DNA of 64,000 nt from Thainema sp. (GTDB taxonomy: Bacteria > Cyanobacteriota > Cyanobacteriia > Phormidesmidales > Phormidesmidaceae): the NCBI GenBank assembly GCA_052168235.1, contig JBQLZK010000020.1, positions 22,036 through 86,035 on the forward strand. Direction: 5' to 3'. The translations under genes and the position numbers were made by a program. The first letter of the stretch is position 1, and each line of letters opens with the position of its first letter. The notes under the pieces are model-generated. The model saw only the letters and a program-made list of their open reading frames with translations. It was not told the origin of the DNA and searched no databases. Shown piece after piece: positions 10,567 through 21,413 of the stretch.

Positions 10567-12696
10567 GTGAACATGAATGTTTTTCAATGGTGGAGTTTAT
10601 ACTGCCACAGTCAGATCCGAAGTTGTGGCAGCCTTCAGTTCATTGGCAGTGTCGTTGGGGCAAGTGCGATCGCACTTACCGCTCCACTGATTTGCCAATC
10701 GGCATGGGCAGCCACCCTATCAAACTGGTCATATAACCCCGATAGCCACGAATTTCAGGTGACGCTGCCCGAAGGCATCACGCCACGCTATTTCCTGATG
10801 GCCGAACCAGCCCGGATTGTGATGGATCTGCCGGGGGTTGAAGTGGGTGCCGTGCAGACTCAGGCATCTTACGCGGGAGCTGTCAGTCAAATTCGGGTAG
10901 CTCAGTTTGAGCCAGGTTTGGCTCGCGTCGTGATTGAATTTGCGCCGGGTACGGTCTTAGAACCCAAGCAGGCCGAATTGCGTCGCTCTGGCGATCACTG
11001 GATCTTGCGCCCGCTAATTGCGGGTTCCACTGCACCTGCCACACCTGTTGCCGCGCAAACCGCTGAGCCGGAAGCTGAAGCGACTGCACCCGCATCTGCG
11101 TCAACTGTCGCTACGGCACCCCCACCTGTACCTGCCTTTCCATCTGCTAATCCGCTCGATCAGCCAATCGTGCCAACTCCTGTGGCTGATTCTGCTGGTT
11201 CCGACGATTCGCTTGAAGATCTTCCGACGATTGCTGAATCTCAACCCGCGATCCCGTCGGCTAATGTGTCGGTTGAAGATGACTTGACCGCCGAAATTCA
11301 GGGCTTGGCCCTACCTGTCGATTCACCTCCAGCAGCGGTAGAGCTAGAACCAGCGGCAACAGTCACCTCCGACCGAGCCGAGACCGCGTCAAGCGTTGAT
11401 CTGCCTGCTGAGCCAAGCGCCTCCAGCCAAGTTGAGAACGTTGAGAACGCCGATGCAGCGGCTCCGATGGAAATTGCTGTGCCGGAACCACCTCCGTCTT
11501 CTGTGGCAACTGAAGCTGTGGCAGCAGAGGATGAGGCCGAAGAAAATATTGCTGATATTCCAACACCGACTTTAGATGCGTCCGACACTGATACTCCGAC
11601 GACCGATGCGCCATCGACAACTGCGCGAGTGACGGTGCCGGATTTACCCGTTTTAGAGGCAGAGGAAACTGCATCTGAAAATGTACCTGTAGCGCCAGTA
11701 CCGCAACCGCCCGTACAGACATCGGAGAGATCCGAGCCACCCGAGAGATCGAGTGCGATCGCACAGCAACCGACTAGTCTACCCGATGCTAGTGACCTAC
11801 CTTCTGTGACTTTCCCAACACCTAACCTACCAAGTGGGAATGGCCAGGTGCGAGTGCCTGCGCCTGCTGCGCCACGAGTTCGACCGACACCTGCTCCAGC
11901 CGCTAGTCTCGATACCACCGAGGCAACAGGTAGCGCTGCCGATCTGGTGTTGCCACCGACAGGTATTTCGACGCAGCGACCAAGTGGATTTTCTCCTCAA
12001 TCCATCACGCAATCGCCTGTAGCAGGTACAGAAGTGGTTCGCGTTCCGGCTCCCCCTCCGTTGCCAACGGCAACTCCTCCGCCAGCAGCATCGAGTTCTG
12101 CAAATTCGACGACTGCACAGGTTAATAATGGCTCTGTCACCTTTGGGCAGTCGCTACCTAACGAATCCTCAGGACAAACTGTTTCGACCATTGACGCGAA
12201 TATCTGGCTTCCGGCTGATACCGTTTTGAAGCTGCAGTATCCCCGTGAACAAGAATTGACCCTCGATCCGCAGTTGAACTGGCAAGAGGTTTTGGTGTTG
12301 AGTCACGATGTCGTGCATCCGCAGACGGGGCAGGTGATCTTGCCGACGGGAACGCAGGTGGTGGGACGGTTTGAAACAGGTCGGCAGGGGAGCCGCTTTA
12401 TTGCCCAGGCTGTATCGGTCGGCAACCGCAATGTGAAATTGGCGGCGGAATCGGCATCGATTGATGGCGATCGCGATATTTCTGATCAAGATCTGCTGCT
12501 TAATTCCGGTATTGGTGCGGCGGCAGCTACCGTGATCGGTGGCTTGTCCGGGATTGGACTACTAGCGGGTATCGCTGCTGGAGCCGCGACAACCTACGTG
12601 ACGGCTCCGCAGCCAGCGGTGATTCAGCCGTATCAGATGATTGAAGTGCGCGTTCTGGAAGACGTGACGCATTCAGAAATTGCTCAAATTCAGTAA
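10567..12696 (+). CDS. Exported AMIN-domain protein with a long Pro/Ala/Glu-rich linker and a C-terminal glycine-zipper-like region
   Basis: AMIN-like segment (YFLMAEPARIVMDLP...IRVAQFEPGLARVVIE) after a signal-like N-terminus. Start codon uncertain. Confidence 0.75.
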   Translation: MNMNVFQWWSLYCHSQIRSCGSLQFIGSVVGASAIALTAPLICQSAWAATLSNWSYNPDSHEFQVTLPEGITPRYFLMAEPARIVMDLPGVEVGAVQTQASYAGAVSQIRVAQFEPGLARVVIEFAPGTVLEPKQAELRRSGDHWILRPLIAGSTAPATPVAAQTAEPEAEATAPASASTVATAPPPVPAFPSANPLDQPIVPTPVADSAGSDDSLEDLPTIAESQPAIPSANVSVEDDLTAEIQGLALPVDSPPAAVELEPAATVTSDRAETASSVDLPAEPSASSQVENVENADAAAPMEIAVPEPPPSSVATEAVAAEDEAEENIADIPTPTLDASDTDTPTTDAPSTTARVTVPDLPVLEAEETASENVPVAPVPQPPVQTSERSEPPERSSAIAQQPTSLPDASDLPSVTFPTPNLPSGNGQVRVPAPAAPRVRPTPAPAASLDTTEATGSAADLVLPPTGISTQRPSGFSPQSITQSPVAGTEVVRVPAPPPLPTATPPPAASSSANSTTAQVNNGSVTFGQSLPNESSGQTVSTIDANIWLPADTVLKLQYPREQELTLDPQLNWQEVLVLSHDVVHPQTGQVILPTGTQVVGRFETGRQGSRFIAQAVSVGNRNVKLAAESASIDGDRDISDQDLLLNSGIGAAAATVIGGLSGIGLLAGIAAGAATTYVTAPQPAVIQPYQMIEVRVLEDVTHSEIAQIQ

Positions 12697-12779
12697 CGTT
12701 GATTCGTCGAATACTACAGAACAAGGGGTTTAAGCCCCTTGCCTCGTGAACACAATTTGTATTCTCACTTTGATCACGT

Positions 12780-14288
12780 ATGGTTCTTGATCAAACTCGT
12801 GCGCCGTTGGTGACTGCTCTGCACAGTAGCGCCAACTGGCTCCATGCGCCGTTTTACACGCCTGGACATAAGCAGGGACGCGGCGCAGCCGATGTCTTAG
12901 TTGAATTACTCGGCCCAACTGCAATACAGGCAGACATTCCTGAAATTCCGGGACTCGATAATTTCTTTGCGCCCAAAAGCGTCATTGCAGAGGCTTTGGA
13001 TCTAGCAGCAGAGGCATTTGGAGCCGAGCGCACTTGGTTTCTGATCAACGGCTCCACCTGTGGCGTGGAAGCAGCGATTCTGGCGACCTGTCAGCCAGGA
13101 GACAAGATTATCGTGCCGCGCAATGCTCATCGTTCGGTGATTTCGGGGCTGATCCTCTCCGGCGCGATCCCGGTGTTTGTTCCACCCGATTACGATACCG
13201 ACTTGGAACTGGCGCATGGATTGACAGTGGCGGGCGTGGCTCAAGCCTTGCAGAATCATGCTGATGCCAAAGCGGTGTTAATCGTGTCACCCACCTATTA
13301 CGGCGTGTGCAGCGACGTAGCTGCGATCGCAACTCTGACCCATGACCACAACATGCCACTGATTGTCGATGAAGCCCACGGGCCGCACTTTTCCTTTCAT
13401 CCAGATTTACCCATGCCTGCTCTGGCATTAGGTGCTGATCTGGTCATCCAGTCCACGCATAAAGTGCTGTCATCCTTAACACAATCCGCCATGCTGCACG
13501 TGCAGGGCGACCGAATTGACCGCGATCGCATATCTCAAGCATGGGCGCTGGTGCAGTCCACCAGTCCCAGCTACTTACTGCTTGCCTCTCTAGACGCGGC
13601 GCGGCAGCAAATGGCAACGGTGGGACGAGATTTGCTGGAGCGCACATTGGATCTATCGCGACAGGCACGCCAGCGGTTGCAGGAGATTCCAGGCATCAGC
13701 GTGATTAGTCCGGCCCAAATCCAATCTTGGACAGAACCCTATGCGCTAGATTTGACGCGGATTACCGTCGATTTACGCCAGCTCGGCGTTACGGGCTTTG
13801 CTGCCGACGAATTTTTCTGCGATCGCGCTCAAGTGGTGGCCGAACTGCCTGGTTTCCACCACATGACGTTCATCGTCAGCATCGGCAACACCGCAGCCGA
13901 CATTGACCGCCTCGTCGCAGGTTTTGAACAGCTCAGCCAAGCGGTTCAGCGCGGAGAAATCGAAGCAGACGCAGGTGCGATCGCATCTCCTGATCCCTTG
14001 ACTCAACCTGTCTCGACTGTACCCGTGTCACCCCGGCAAGCCTTCTTTTCACCCACTGTTCAGTTATCACCATCGGACGCCATCGGCCAGATCAGCGCCG
14101 AAACCATCTGTCCCTATCCGCCCGGTATCCCCACCCTACTACCCGGTGAACAAATCAGCGCCGCTGCGATCGCACAGCTCCAGCAAGTGCTAGCCGCTGG
14201 CGGCATCATTACGGGCTGCTCTGATCCAACCCTGCAAACTCTTAAAGTTGTGAAAAATCCAATCCAAAATCTAAAATCCAAAATCTAA
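12780..14288 (+). CDS. PLP-dependent Orn/Lys/Arg decarboxylase family protein
   Basis: TPGHKQG, NGSTCG, DEAHG, QSTHK (PLP lysine), PYPPGIP. Confidence 0.9.
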   Translation: MVLDQTRAPLVTALHSSANWLHAPFYTPGHKQGRGAADVLVELLGPTAIQADIPEIPGLDNFFAPKSVIAEALDLAAEAFGAERTWFLINGSTCGVEAAILATCQPGDKIIVPRNAHRSVISGLILSGAIPVFVPPDYDTDLELAHGLTVAGVAQALQNHADAKAVLIVSPTYYGVCSDVAAIATLTHDHNMPLIVDEAHGPHFSFHPDLPMPALALGADLVIQSTHKVLSSLTQSAMLHVQGDRIDRDRISQAWALVQSTSPSYLLLASLDAARQQMATVGRDLLERTLDLSRQARQRLQEIPGISVISPAQIQSWTEPYALDLTRITVDLRQLGVTGFAADEFFCDRAQVVAELPGFHHMTFIVSIGNTAADIDRLVAGFEQLSQAVQRGEIEADAGAIASPDPLTQPVSTVPVSPRQAFFSPTVQLSPSDAIGQISAETICPYPPGIPTLLPGEQISAAAIAQLQQVLAAGGIITGCSDPTLQTLKVVKNPIQNLKSKI

Positions 14289-14293
14289 AATCC
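14254..14293 (+). repeat. Heptamer short tandem repeat (AAAATCC/AAAATCT), STRR-like
   Basis: aaaatcc aatcc aaaatct aaaatcc aaaatct aaaatcc; overlaps the decarboxylase stop codon. Confidence 0.8.
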
Positions 14294-14330
14294 ATGTGCG
14301 ACAATAGCTGCGATCGCATCTGGATACATC

Positions 14331-14933
14331 ATGCCTTCTGATTTGTGGCCATACGTGACCCCCGGCATCCCGGATCATCTGTTTGAGCAGTTGCCCGGCA
14401 TTCCCATGAGTAAGCGCGAAACTCGCCTGCTGCTGCTGGCCCATTTGCAGCTCCGCGCCCACTCCATCCTGTGGGATATTGGCGCAGGCACCGGCACCGT
14501 CGCTGTCGAAGCCGCACTGCTCTGTCCGCAGGGTACAGTGATTGCGATTGAGCGGGATGAAGATGTGGCCAATCTGATTCGCACCAACTGCGATCGCTTT
14601 GGCGTCAATAACATCACTGTCGTGGAGGGCAGCGCCCCAGAGTGCTTGAACGACCTACCCAAACGACCGGACTGCATTTTTGTGGAAGGTGGCCGTTCGC
14701 TGAGTGAGATCCTCAAAGCCGCCTGGCACCATTTAGAACCGGGCGGTCGAATCGTCGTTACGGCAGGCAATCTCGAAAATCTCTACGTAGCCTCCGAAAG
14801 TTTTGCCGATCTGCAAGTGCGCAATATTGACGTGGTGCAGTCTGCCACCAATCGGCTCGAAAATCGCGGCGTCAGTCAGGTCTTTGTAGCCGTTGATCCC
14901 GTTTTTGTCTTGAGTGGCACCAAGGTTGAATAG
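14331..14933 (+). CDS. cbiT: Precorrin-6B C15-methyltransferase (decarboxylating)
   Basis: PGIPDHLFEQLPGIPMSKRE, WDIGAGTGT SAM-binding motif. Confidence 0.9.
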   Translation: MPSDLWPYVTPGIPDHLFEQLPGIPMSKRETRLLLLAHLQLRAHSILWDIGAGTGTVAVEAALLCPQGTVIAIERDEDVANLIRTNCDRFGVNNITVVEGSAPECLNDLPKRPDCIFVEGGRSLSEILKAAWHHLEPGGRIVVTAGNLENLYVASESFADLQVRNIDVVQSATNRLENRGVSQVFVAVDPVFVLSGTKVE

Positions 14934-15009
14934 CCTCAATTTCTATCATTGGAGTCTATCAAGCAAACAGCCGAGACGGCTATTCTACAGGGGATTTTGA
15001 TTTGAGCCT

Positions 15010-15681
15010 ATGACGACTGAGCCGTTTGACATCGACATTGCCTTCAACCATCTGCGTGTGTTTATGCAGGACTATCCCAAAGCGGCCATGTTTCAACTGG
15101 CGGATGAGGGTTACAATTCCCCCTTTGAGCAGCTCATCTCCTGCATCATTTCGATTCGTACCTATGATGAAACCAGTCTGCCCGTCTCGCGCCGACTATT
15201 TGCCCAAGCCAAAACGCCCCAAGCGATCAGTCAGCTCAGCGTAGCCGAAATTGAAGGGCTGATTAAAGAAAGTACCTACTCAGAGCGCAAGGCCGAACAG
15301 ATTCATGCGATCGCAACTACGCTAGTCAACGACTACAGCGGCGAACTGCCTTGTGATCTCAACGTAATGATTGGCTTTAAAGGCGTTGGCCCCAAATGTG
15401 CCCACTTAGCCTTGGGAATTGCCTGCCAGCAGCCCTACATCAGCGTCGATGTGCATGTGCATCGCGTCGTCAATCGCTGGGGCTATGTGACCACTAAAAC
15501 GCCAGAAAAAACGACTCAAGCTCTGGAAGCCCGATTGCCCAAAGACTACTGGATTGAAACCAACCAGCTCCTGATGCCCTTTGGCAAGTACATCTGCAAA
15601 CAGCGGCCCAAGTGCTCCATTTGCCCGGTGGAATCGATGTGTCCCAAAATCGGCGTGACTGATCAACAAACATCCCCGTAG
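15010..15681 (+). CDS. nth: Endonuclease III family (HhH-GPD) DNA glycosylase
   Basis: GVGPKCA HhH, VDVHVHRV, C-terminal four-Cys Fe-S motif. Confidence 0.85.
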   Translation: MTTEPFDIDIAFNHLRVFMQDYPKAAMFQLADEGYNSPFEQLISCIISIRTYDETSLPVSRRLFAQAKTPQAISQLSVAEIEGLIKESTYSERKAEQIHAIATTLVNDYSGELPCDLNVMIGFKGVGPKCAHLALGIACQQPYISVDVHVHRVVNRWGYVTTKTPEKTTQALEARLPKDYWIETNQLLMPFGKYICKQRPKCSICPVESMCPKIGVTDQQTSP

Positions 15682-15778
15682 GGGCGAATGGCCATTCGCC
15701 CTCTACACATGTTGAACGCGGAAAGAATTGGTTGATTAACCATGCATTGCGATCAGGGCGAATGCCATTTGTCCCTAC
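15678..15778. repeat. REP doublet (gtaggggcgaatggccattcgcc family) between convergent genes
   Basis: Copy at 15678-15706 and a degenerate copy at 15755-15778 ending in ctac. Confidence 0.75.
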
Positions 15779-15803
15779 GATTGTGTGTGGTCAATCGCCC
15801 AAA

Positions 15804-18800
15804 TTAAGCCGCATTGGAGGATTGTCCCAGTTCAGTCAGGAACTGGAGCGCTTTGGCGACGCTGCTGGCCACGCGATAGGGTGAGCTTTCATAGAAGCTG
15901 TTCCAGGCAGTGGCCTTGTCTTCGTCGTAGCGGTCGCCTCGCTCAGGATACTGCTCTAACCACGACAGGCGGACGGCATGACCAATCAGTACGTCGAGGG
16001 TGATATATTCCTCGATTTGTAAATCCGGGTTGCGATCGCAAATCTCTGCCAGTTCTAGCAGCGTCTCAATATTGAGCTGGCGGTATTCTGGTGCGGGAAT
16101 TTTATTCAGTAAATGCTCAATCCGCAGCGCCAGATTCTTTTCGCCAGGAGTCATTTCGGAGCGAATCAGGTCGCTATCCAGCCGATTACGGCGCTCCAGC
16201 TTATCGCCAATCACCACGCCCCGACAGTGCTTCAGCACTCGCCAAATCCGGGCATAGAAGTCAGTGGGAACGCGAGTAATGGCACCGTCCAGATGGCGCT
16301 GCTGCCGCCAGCCGCCTTCGGGGGAAAGCTGGTCGTCTTGCGGTAAGACCACCCATTCCACCTGCTGTTTCTGCTTCAGGTGCAGCGATTCGCGCTGGAA
16401 GAAGGACTGGTTTAAGCCTGCGTAACCCGTCAGCACCTGCTTCAGCCGCAGCTTGAGCTGGAAGGGACTGAGCTGCATCAACTGCTCATAGGTTTCATCG
16501 GAGGACAGGTTTAGCTCCCGCGCCAGATCCGTCACCAGGAGCAGGATCAGGTAATTGATCCGCAGCGTCAGCAGTCCTTCAAACAGCTGCGGCTCGGATT
16601 TGATCAGGATGCTGAGGTAGATCAGTAGCTCCTGGGTCAAAACGCGATCGCGCATGTCTTCGCCGCAAAACTCACGGATTTTGTCCATGATTTCGTAGTG
16701 GGACATCGGTTCAGTAATCAGCGAGTCCTCACTGTAGGCTTTGCCGACGGCGATTTGCTTTTGGCGCACCAGAATGTCCGTGACGGCATCGGACAGACCA
16801 ATATCGACTTTGTCGAGCAGACCAGCGGCGCGACGGACAATCGCCCAGAGTTCCAGCGCTCCGGCCCGTTCATAGACTTCGTTGAGCAATGTCGCCACCG
16901 TGATCGGCTGTCCATCCTGATGAAACGGCGTCTTGAAGTCCCGCCCCTTCAGGTGATGCAGCGTACTCAGCAGCTCAATCTGCTCATAGAGATTGCGCGA
17001 CTGGCGTAGCTGCTCCAGCACAGTGTCAACACTGGTTTCAAACTCCAAGCGAAATTCCTGGGTGTAGCTCAGCGGCCAGTTATGGTTTAAGTCGAACAGG
17101 AGGATGTTGCGATCGCAAGGATCAACGATCTCCTGCATCGGTTTTGTGAGGAACTGTAAATCATGCACATTATCAATCCGCTCAACACCCGCCGTCGGCA
17201 CAAGCTGCTGCAGTGTGCCTAAACGGACAGGTACAGCACCACAGCGACCATCCTGCATTTCTTTAATCAACTGCAAGAGCGGCGACTGCTCAATCGACGC
17301 GCCGGGAATTTGACCAATTTCAAACATCGTATGGGTGAGCCGCAGTGTCACCGTTGGGCGGCCCTTCTGATCCCAGTGGGTGTGAATATAGGCAATCTCG
17401 CTCTGGATTTGCGACACCAGGAAGTGATAGTCCAGCGTTAAATAGAACTGCTGCTGATCCACAAACGAGGGCAGGAATGCCATAATCGTGCCGCCAACGC
17501 GGAACACTTTGGCCGTCGTCAAGCTGCGCAGCCGCCGCACGGGTCGTCCCGTTAGCCCCAATTTTTCATTGCGGCCAATCTGCTGATAAACCGCCGACAG
17601 CTCTCCAGACTGACGCACCTGCATCGGCTCAATCTGGGCAGGGGTTTGGGTATCGATGCCATAGGTCGCTAATTCAGCCTGTAAGTCCCCATCTTCGGCA
17701 ATTAGCGCCACCTGCACCAGCGCCCGCCGCAGGGGACGTAGCCGCAGGTGCCGTCCCAGTGGGTCAACTTCACCCAGCGTCAGCAGTCCTTCCCGCAGCA
17801 TTTCACCCAGGTAGTACAAACTCTGTGCCCAAACCAGCGGCACGTTGTCGTTCGGCAGTCGCGTTTGGCTCTGGGGTGCTTGTCGTTCCGCTTCAAGCTT
17901 GTCGGCAGGCACGTAGTAAACCTCTGGCAGCAGTTCCATGCCGTCTTGAGAGACAAGTAGCGATCGCAGTTTTTGATGATAGTCATCGGTCATCGCCTGA
18001 TCCTGCCGAAACAGGCCGTCCAGCATCAGATAGGTGAAAAACAGCGGCCACTCGCACTCAATATGCTCGAACTGCTTCAGTTCCCACGGCTCGTAGTGCA
18101 GACGGCTGGTGTCTTCAATCATGGTTTGGTGGCCGTCCCGCAGGAAGCGCTTGCAGCCGTAGCGGCCTTGCAGCTTATCGACAATCTTGTCACGAGTTTT
18201 TTGCACAACATCGGGATTTTCCACTGCAAAGGCCGGGAAGCCAATCACGCTCAGCACTGCCGCGTCTACTTCCTTGGAACCCGATTCGCGCGGCAGCAGC
18301 GATTCCAGCGTAATGCGGGCGCGGGCAATTTCGTCGGGCAGAACGTGAATCACCGACGATTGACCGCCTTTCACGCCAAACAGGTTGAAGCCGTTCATCG
18401 CTTCCAGTGCCGCTTTGGCCATGCCGACGGAACTGACGTTTAGCTCTGGCTTACCATGATTGATCTTGTTGCCCCGCTCCCAAATGCCGTAATCCGGGGT
18501 GCGATAGGCGCGACCAATGTAGTAGACCAGGTTTTGAATAAAGTTCACCTCGTCGGTGGTGTAGATAATTTGCAGCCCAGAGGCAATCATCTGAGCCAGC
18601 ATCAGTAGAAAGATGGAGGTGGCATCAATTTGCAGGTGGCCCCACTCATCGTCGCGCACAACCGCCTGTCCGGTATGAGTGTCATACTTGGCGTGCAGCG
18701 CATCCATCAGATCCTGGGTTTCTTTAAAGCGCTCCACTTTATCCGACTGCCGCATCATGCAGAGCAGCAGTCCCCGCATCAGCTTGACGACGCTTTGCTC

Positions 18801-19091
18801 TAGCTCATAGCCGCGTCCCTGCTGGTCTTCGTCTACCTTGCGATAGGCCAGTGCTAGTCCCCAAACCGCTAAGATGCTGTAGACGTTGTCTCTCACCCAG
18901 GCATCTCGATAGTCGCCATGCTCATTGACGGCTGTACTGGCGGGCAGCAGCCCGGTGACTGGATTTTGTCGTGCCAAAATGACGGTGTGAATCTGCTGAT
19001 AGTAAAAGTCGAGGCGAGTCTTCAGCGTGGACAGTTCAGACAGTTCAATTTGGGTAGACATCTCGGACGAGAGAGAAAAAAGTTGCGTCAT
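15804..19091 (-). CDS. Glycoside hydrolase 15-like / phosphorylase kinase alpha-beta-like protein
   Basis: AWVRDNVYS, WGHLQIDA, PDYGIWERG, RFLRDGHQT, ECEWPLF. Confidence 0.85.
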   Translation of the reverse strand: MTQLFSLSSEMSTQIELSELSTLKTRLDFYYQQIHTVILARQNPVTGLLPASTAVNEHGDYRDAWVRDNVYSILAVWGLALAYRKVDEDQQGRGYELEQSVVKLMRGLLLCMMRQSDKVERFKETQDLMDALHAKYDTHTGQAVVRDDEWGHLQIDATSIFLLMLAQMIASGLQIIYTTDEVNFIQNLVYYIGRAYRTPDYGIWERGNKINHGKPELNVSSVGMAKAALEAMNGFNLFGVKGGQSSVIHVLPDEIARARITLESLLPRESGSKEVDAAVLSVIGFPAFAVENPDVVQKTRDKIVDKLQGRYGCKRFLRDGHQTMIEDTSRLHYEPWELKQFEHIECEWPLFFTYLMLDGLFRQDQAMTDDYHQKLRSLLVSQDGMELLPEVYYVPADKLEAERQAPQSQTRLPNDNVPLVWAQSLYYLGEMLREGLLTLGEVDPLGRHLRLRPLRRALVQVALIAEDGDLQAELATYGIDTQTPAQIEPMQVRQSGELSAVYQQIGRNEKLGLTGRPVRRLRSLTTAKVFRVGGTIMAFLPSFVDQQQFYLTLDYHFLVSQIQSEIAYIHTHWDQKGRPTVTLRLTHTMFEIGQIPGASIEQSPLLQLIKEMQDGRCGAVPVRLGTLQQLVPTAGVERIDNVHDLQFLTKPMQEIVDPCDRNILLFDLNHNWPLSYTQEFRLEFETSVDTVLEQLRQSRNLYEQIELLSTLHHLKGRDFKTPFHQDGQPITVATLLNEVYERAGALELWAIVRRAAGLLDKVDIGLSDAVTDILVRQKQIAVGKAYSEDSLITEPMSHYEIMDKIREFCGEDMRDRVLTQELLIYLSILIKSEPQLFEGLLTLRINYLILLLVTDLARELNLSSDETYEQLMQLSPFQLKLRLKQVLTGYAGLNQSFFQRESLHLKQKQQVEWVVLPQDDQLSPEGGWRQQRHLDGAITRVPTDFYARIWRVLKHCRGVVIGDKLERRNRLDSDLIRSEMTPGEKNLALRIEHLLNKIPAPEYRQLNIETLLELAEICDRNPDLQIEEYITLDVLIGHAVRLSWLEQYPERGDRYDEDKATAWNSFYESSPYRVASSVAKALQFLTELGQSSNAA

Positions 19092-19337
19092 GGGAATCGC
19101 GTGTCTCTACATTCAACGCAAGAGCATCGTAACAATCGTCAACAATTGGCAAGCCGCTGCTTGCCAGTGTAACGATTCAGGTCTGGGTAAATTGCACCCA
19201 AACCATCATAACTGTTCATGATTTCTTAACTTTTGCTTTAGGCATCAAAACAGTTTTGGGTGAAATACGGACTGTGCCTGCATTTCACCCAAAACTATTA
19301 TCCAGTAACCGTATACGTATGTTGACCCCATACCTGT

Positions 19338-19368
19338 GTTGGGTTTCGCGTTGCTTAACCCAACCTAC
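19338..19368 (-). repeat. GTAG-tagged REP-like palindrome (gtaggttgggttaagcaacgcgaaacccaac)
   Basis: gttgggtt...aacccaac stem with terminal CTAC on the plus strand. Confidence 0.65.
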
Positions 19369-19372
19369 GTGG

Positions 19373-19506
19373 CGGGGTCGTTTTATTGTCACCAGAAAAA
19401 TATTTCAAAGCCGCAATTTTACGTGTCTGGTAGGGGCGAATGGCCATTCGCCCCTACGTAACGTCAACGGTTTCAGATATTTTTTGATAAACATGAAACA
19501 ACCCTG
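19373..19506 (+). mobile_element. 134-bp MITE, family B, intact copy with 10-bp target-site duplication
   Basis: Imperfect terminal inverted repeats cggggtcgttttat/atgaaacaaccctg. Direct repeat acctacgtgg at 19363-19372 and 19507-19516. Central REP at 19430-19457. Confidence 0.85.
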
Positions 19507-19520
19507 ACCTACGTGGTCAC

Positions 19521-20978
19521 TTACAGCTTGGGTTTCCGCTTGTGCCAGTCGGTGGTTTGCTCGTAGGCGTGGGCCACCTCAAACAGCAAGCCTTCCCGCA
19601 GCACGTTGCCGATGAGCTGGAGACCAATGGGTTTACCCTGGTCGTCAAAGCCGCAGGGGATGCTGATCCCCGGCAGTCCAGCCAAGTTGACTGGAATCGT
19701 CATCAAGTCTGACAGGTACATGCTGAGCGGATCATCCGTTTTTTCACCCGCTTTGAACGCAGTGGTCGGAGAGGTGGGGCAAACTAGGACATCGACTTTA
19801 GCGAAAGCTTTCTCAAAATCCTCTTTAATTAATGTCCGCACCTTCTGCGCTTTCAGGTAGTAAGCATCGTAGTAGCCCGCTGACAAGGCATAGGTGCCAA
19901 TCATGATTCGGCGCTTGACTTCAGAACCAAATCCAGCCGCGCGGGTTTGCTGATACATGTCGAGCAGATTTTCCGGATTTTCGGCCCGATAGCCATACTT
20001 GACACCGTCATAGCGAGCCAGGTTTGACGACGCTTCTGAGGGCGCAATGATGTAGTACGTAGGTAATCCGTAGCGGAATTTAGGACAGGAAATCACCTCG
20101 ATTTCAGCGCCCAGTTCTTGTAAATGGGCCACTGCTTTTTCGACTGTCGCTTCCACGACGGGATCTAAGCCTTCGCCAAAGGTTTCCTTAATCACGCCGA
20201 TGCGGATTTGGCCGCGCCGCCGCAGGTCGGGGGCCAGTGCTTTGGCGTAGTCAGGAATGTCAACTTTCAGGCTGGTGGAATCTTTGGGGTCATACCCTGC
20301 AATTTCCCGCAGCAAAATGGCGGCATCTTCCACCGTGCGGGCAAAGGGGCCAATCTGATCCAGCGACGAGGCGTAGGCAACCAGTCCGTAACGAGAGACA
20401 AGGCCATAGGTCGGCTTCATGCCCACCACGCCGCAGAGAGCAGCCGGCTGACGAATGGAGCCACCCGTGTCTGATCCCAGCGCAACGACGCACTCCTCAG
20501 CGGCTACAGCGGCAGCGGAACCACCGGAGGAACCACCGGGGACGCATTCGAGATCCCAGGGGTTTGCCGTCACCTGGTAGGCCGAGTTTTCCGTCGAGCT
20601 GCCCATCGCGAACTCGTCCATATTGGTTTTGCCAATCATCACCGCGCCCGCATCCTTCAGTTTCTGCGTGACGGTGGACTCGTAGGGCGGCACGAAGTTT
20701 TGCAGCACTTTGGAGCCGCAGGTGGTGCGTACCCCTTTAGTACACATGTTGTCCTTAATGCCGATGGGAATCCCAGCCAGCGGGGAGATGTCTTCACCTG
20801 CGGCAATTTTTTCGTCTACCCGACGGGCCTGTTCCAGGGCCTGATCGGCGGTGATGCTCAAAAAGCTCTTGACGTTGGGTTCTAGCGCTTGCGCATGCTC
20901 AAGGGCCGCCTCAGTGATTTCAACAGCGGAACGTTCTTTCGTAATGAGCTGATGGTGCAACTCGCGGATGAATCCCAT
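19521..20978 (-). CDS. gatA: Asp/Glu-tRNA amidotransferase subunit A
   Basis: Amidase signature [33 protein letters not shown]. Confidence 0.96.
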   Translation of the reverse strand: MGFIRELHHQLITKERSAVEITEAALEHAQALEPNVKSFLSITADQALEQARRVDEKIAAGEDISPLAGIPIGIKDNMCTKGVRTTCGSKVLQNFVPPYESTVTQKLKDAGAVMIGKTNMDEFAMGSSTENSAYQVTANPWDLECVPGGSSGGSAAAVAAEECVVALGSDTGGSIRQPAALCGVVGMKPTYGLVSRYGLVAYASSLDQIGPFARTVEDAAILLREIAGYDPKDSTSLKVDIPDYAKALAPDLRRRGQIRIGVIKETFGEGLDPVVEATVEKAVAHLQELGAEIEVISCPKFRYGLPTYYIIAPSEASSNLARYDGVKYGYRAENPENLLDMYQQTRAAGFGSEVKRRIMIGTYALSAGYYDAYYLKAQKVRTLIKEDFEKAFAKVDVLVCPTSPTTAFKAGEKTDDPLSMYLSDLMTIPVNLAGLPGISIPCGFDDQGKPIGLQLIGNVLREGLLFEVAHAYEQTTDWHKRKPKL

Positions 20979-21413
20979 GAAAACCTCTTGCCTGATGTCG
21001 ATGTGCGATCGCGTTTACAAATCTCCAGTATACGGGGCGAATTCCCGATCAAAATCATCAAATCTGGTCAAAAATTTTGCAAAATTTTCTTAAGAAATAG
21101 CTTTATAGTAGTCCTCAATGTTAATGATTGGCAGCATCTTTAGTCCGTGTTGCTGATTTAACTGACTGAGCTGATCGATACGATCAGGGTAAGAATGCCT
21201 CATGATCCGAGATCCAGTGATACAATCTCCAGACCCGTTTTGGAATTTGGGGTCGTTCCCAGCAGTCGTGCTTCTTGTTGTTGTCGTGCTTCTTGTTGAT
21301 CTAACCTGAAGCTCACACCGCAAAAAATCACGATTTGAGGGCCACGAACGGAACTTTGATGCAGGATATGAGGAATTCGAGTTGACTGTTTCCTTTTGGT
21401 GTGAGGCTCGTGC

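Noticed and set aside
19256..19507. 83-aa ORF between the GH15-like gene and gatA
   Set aside because: Composed largely of REP and MITE sequence.
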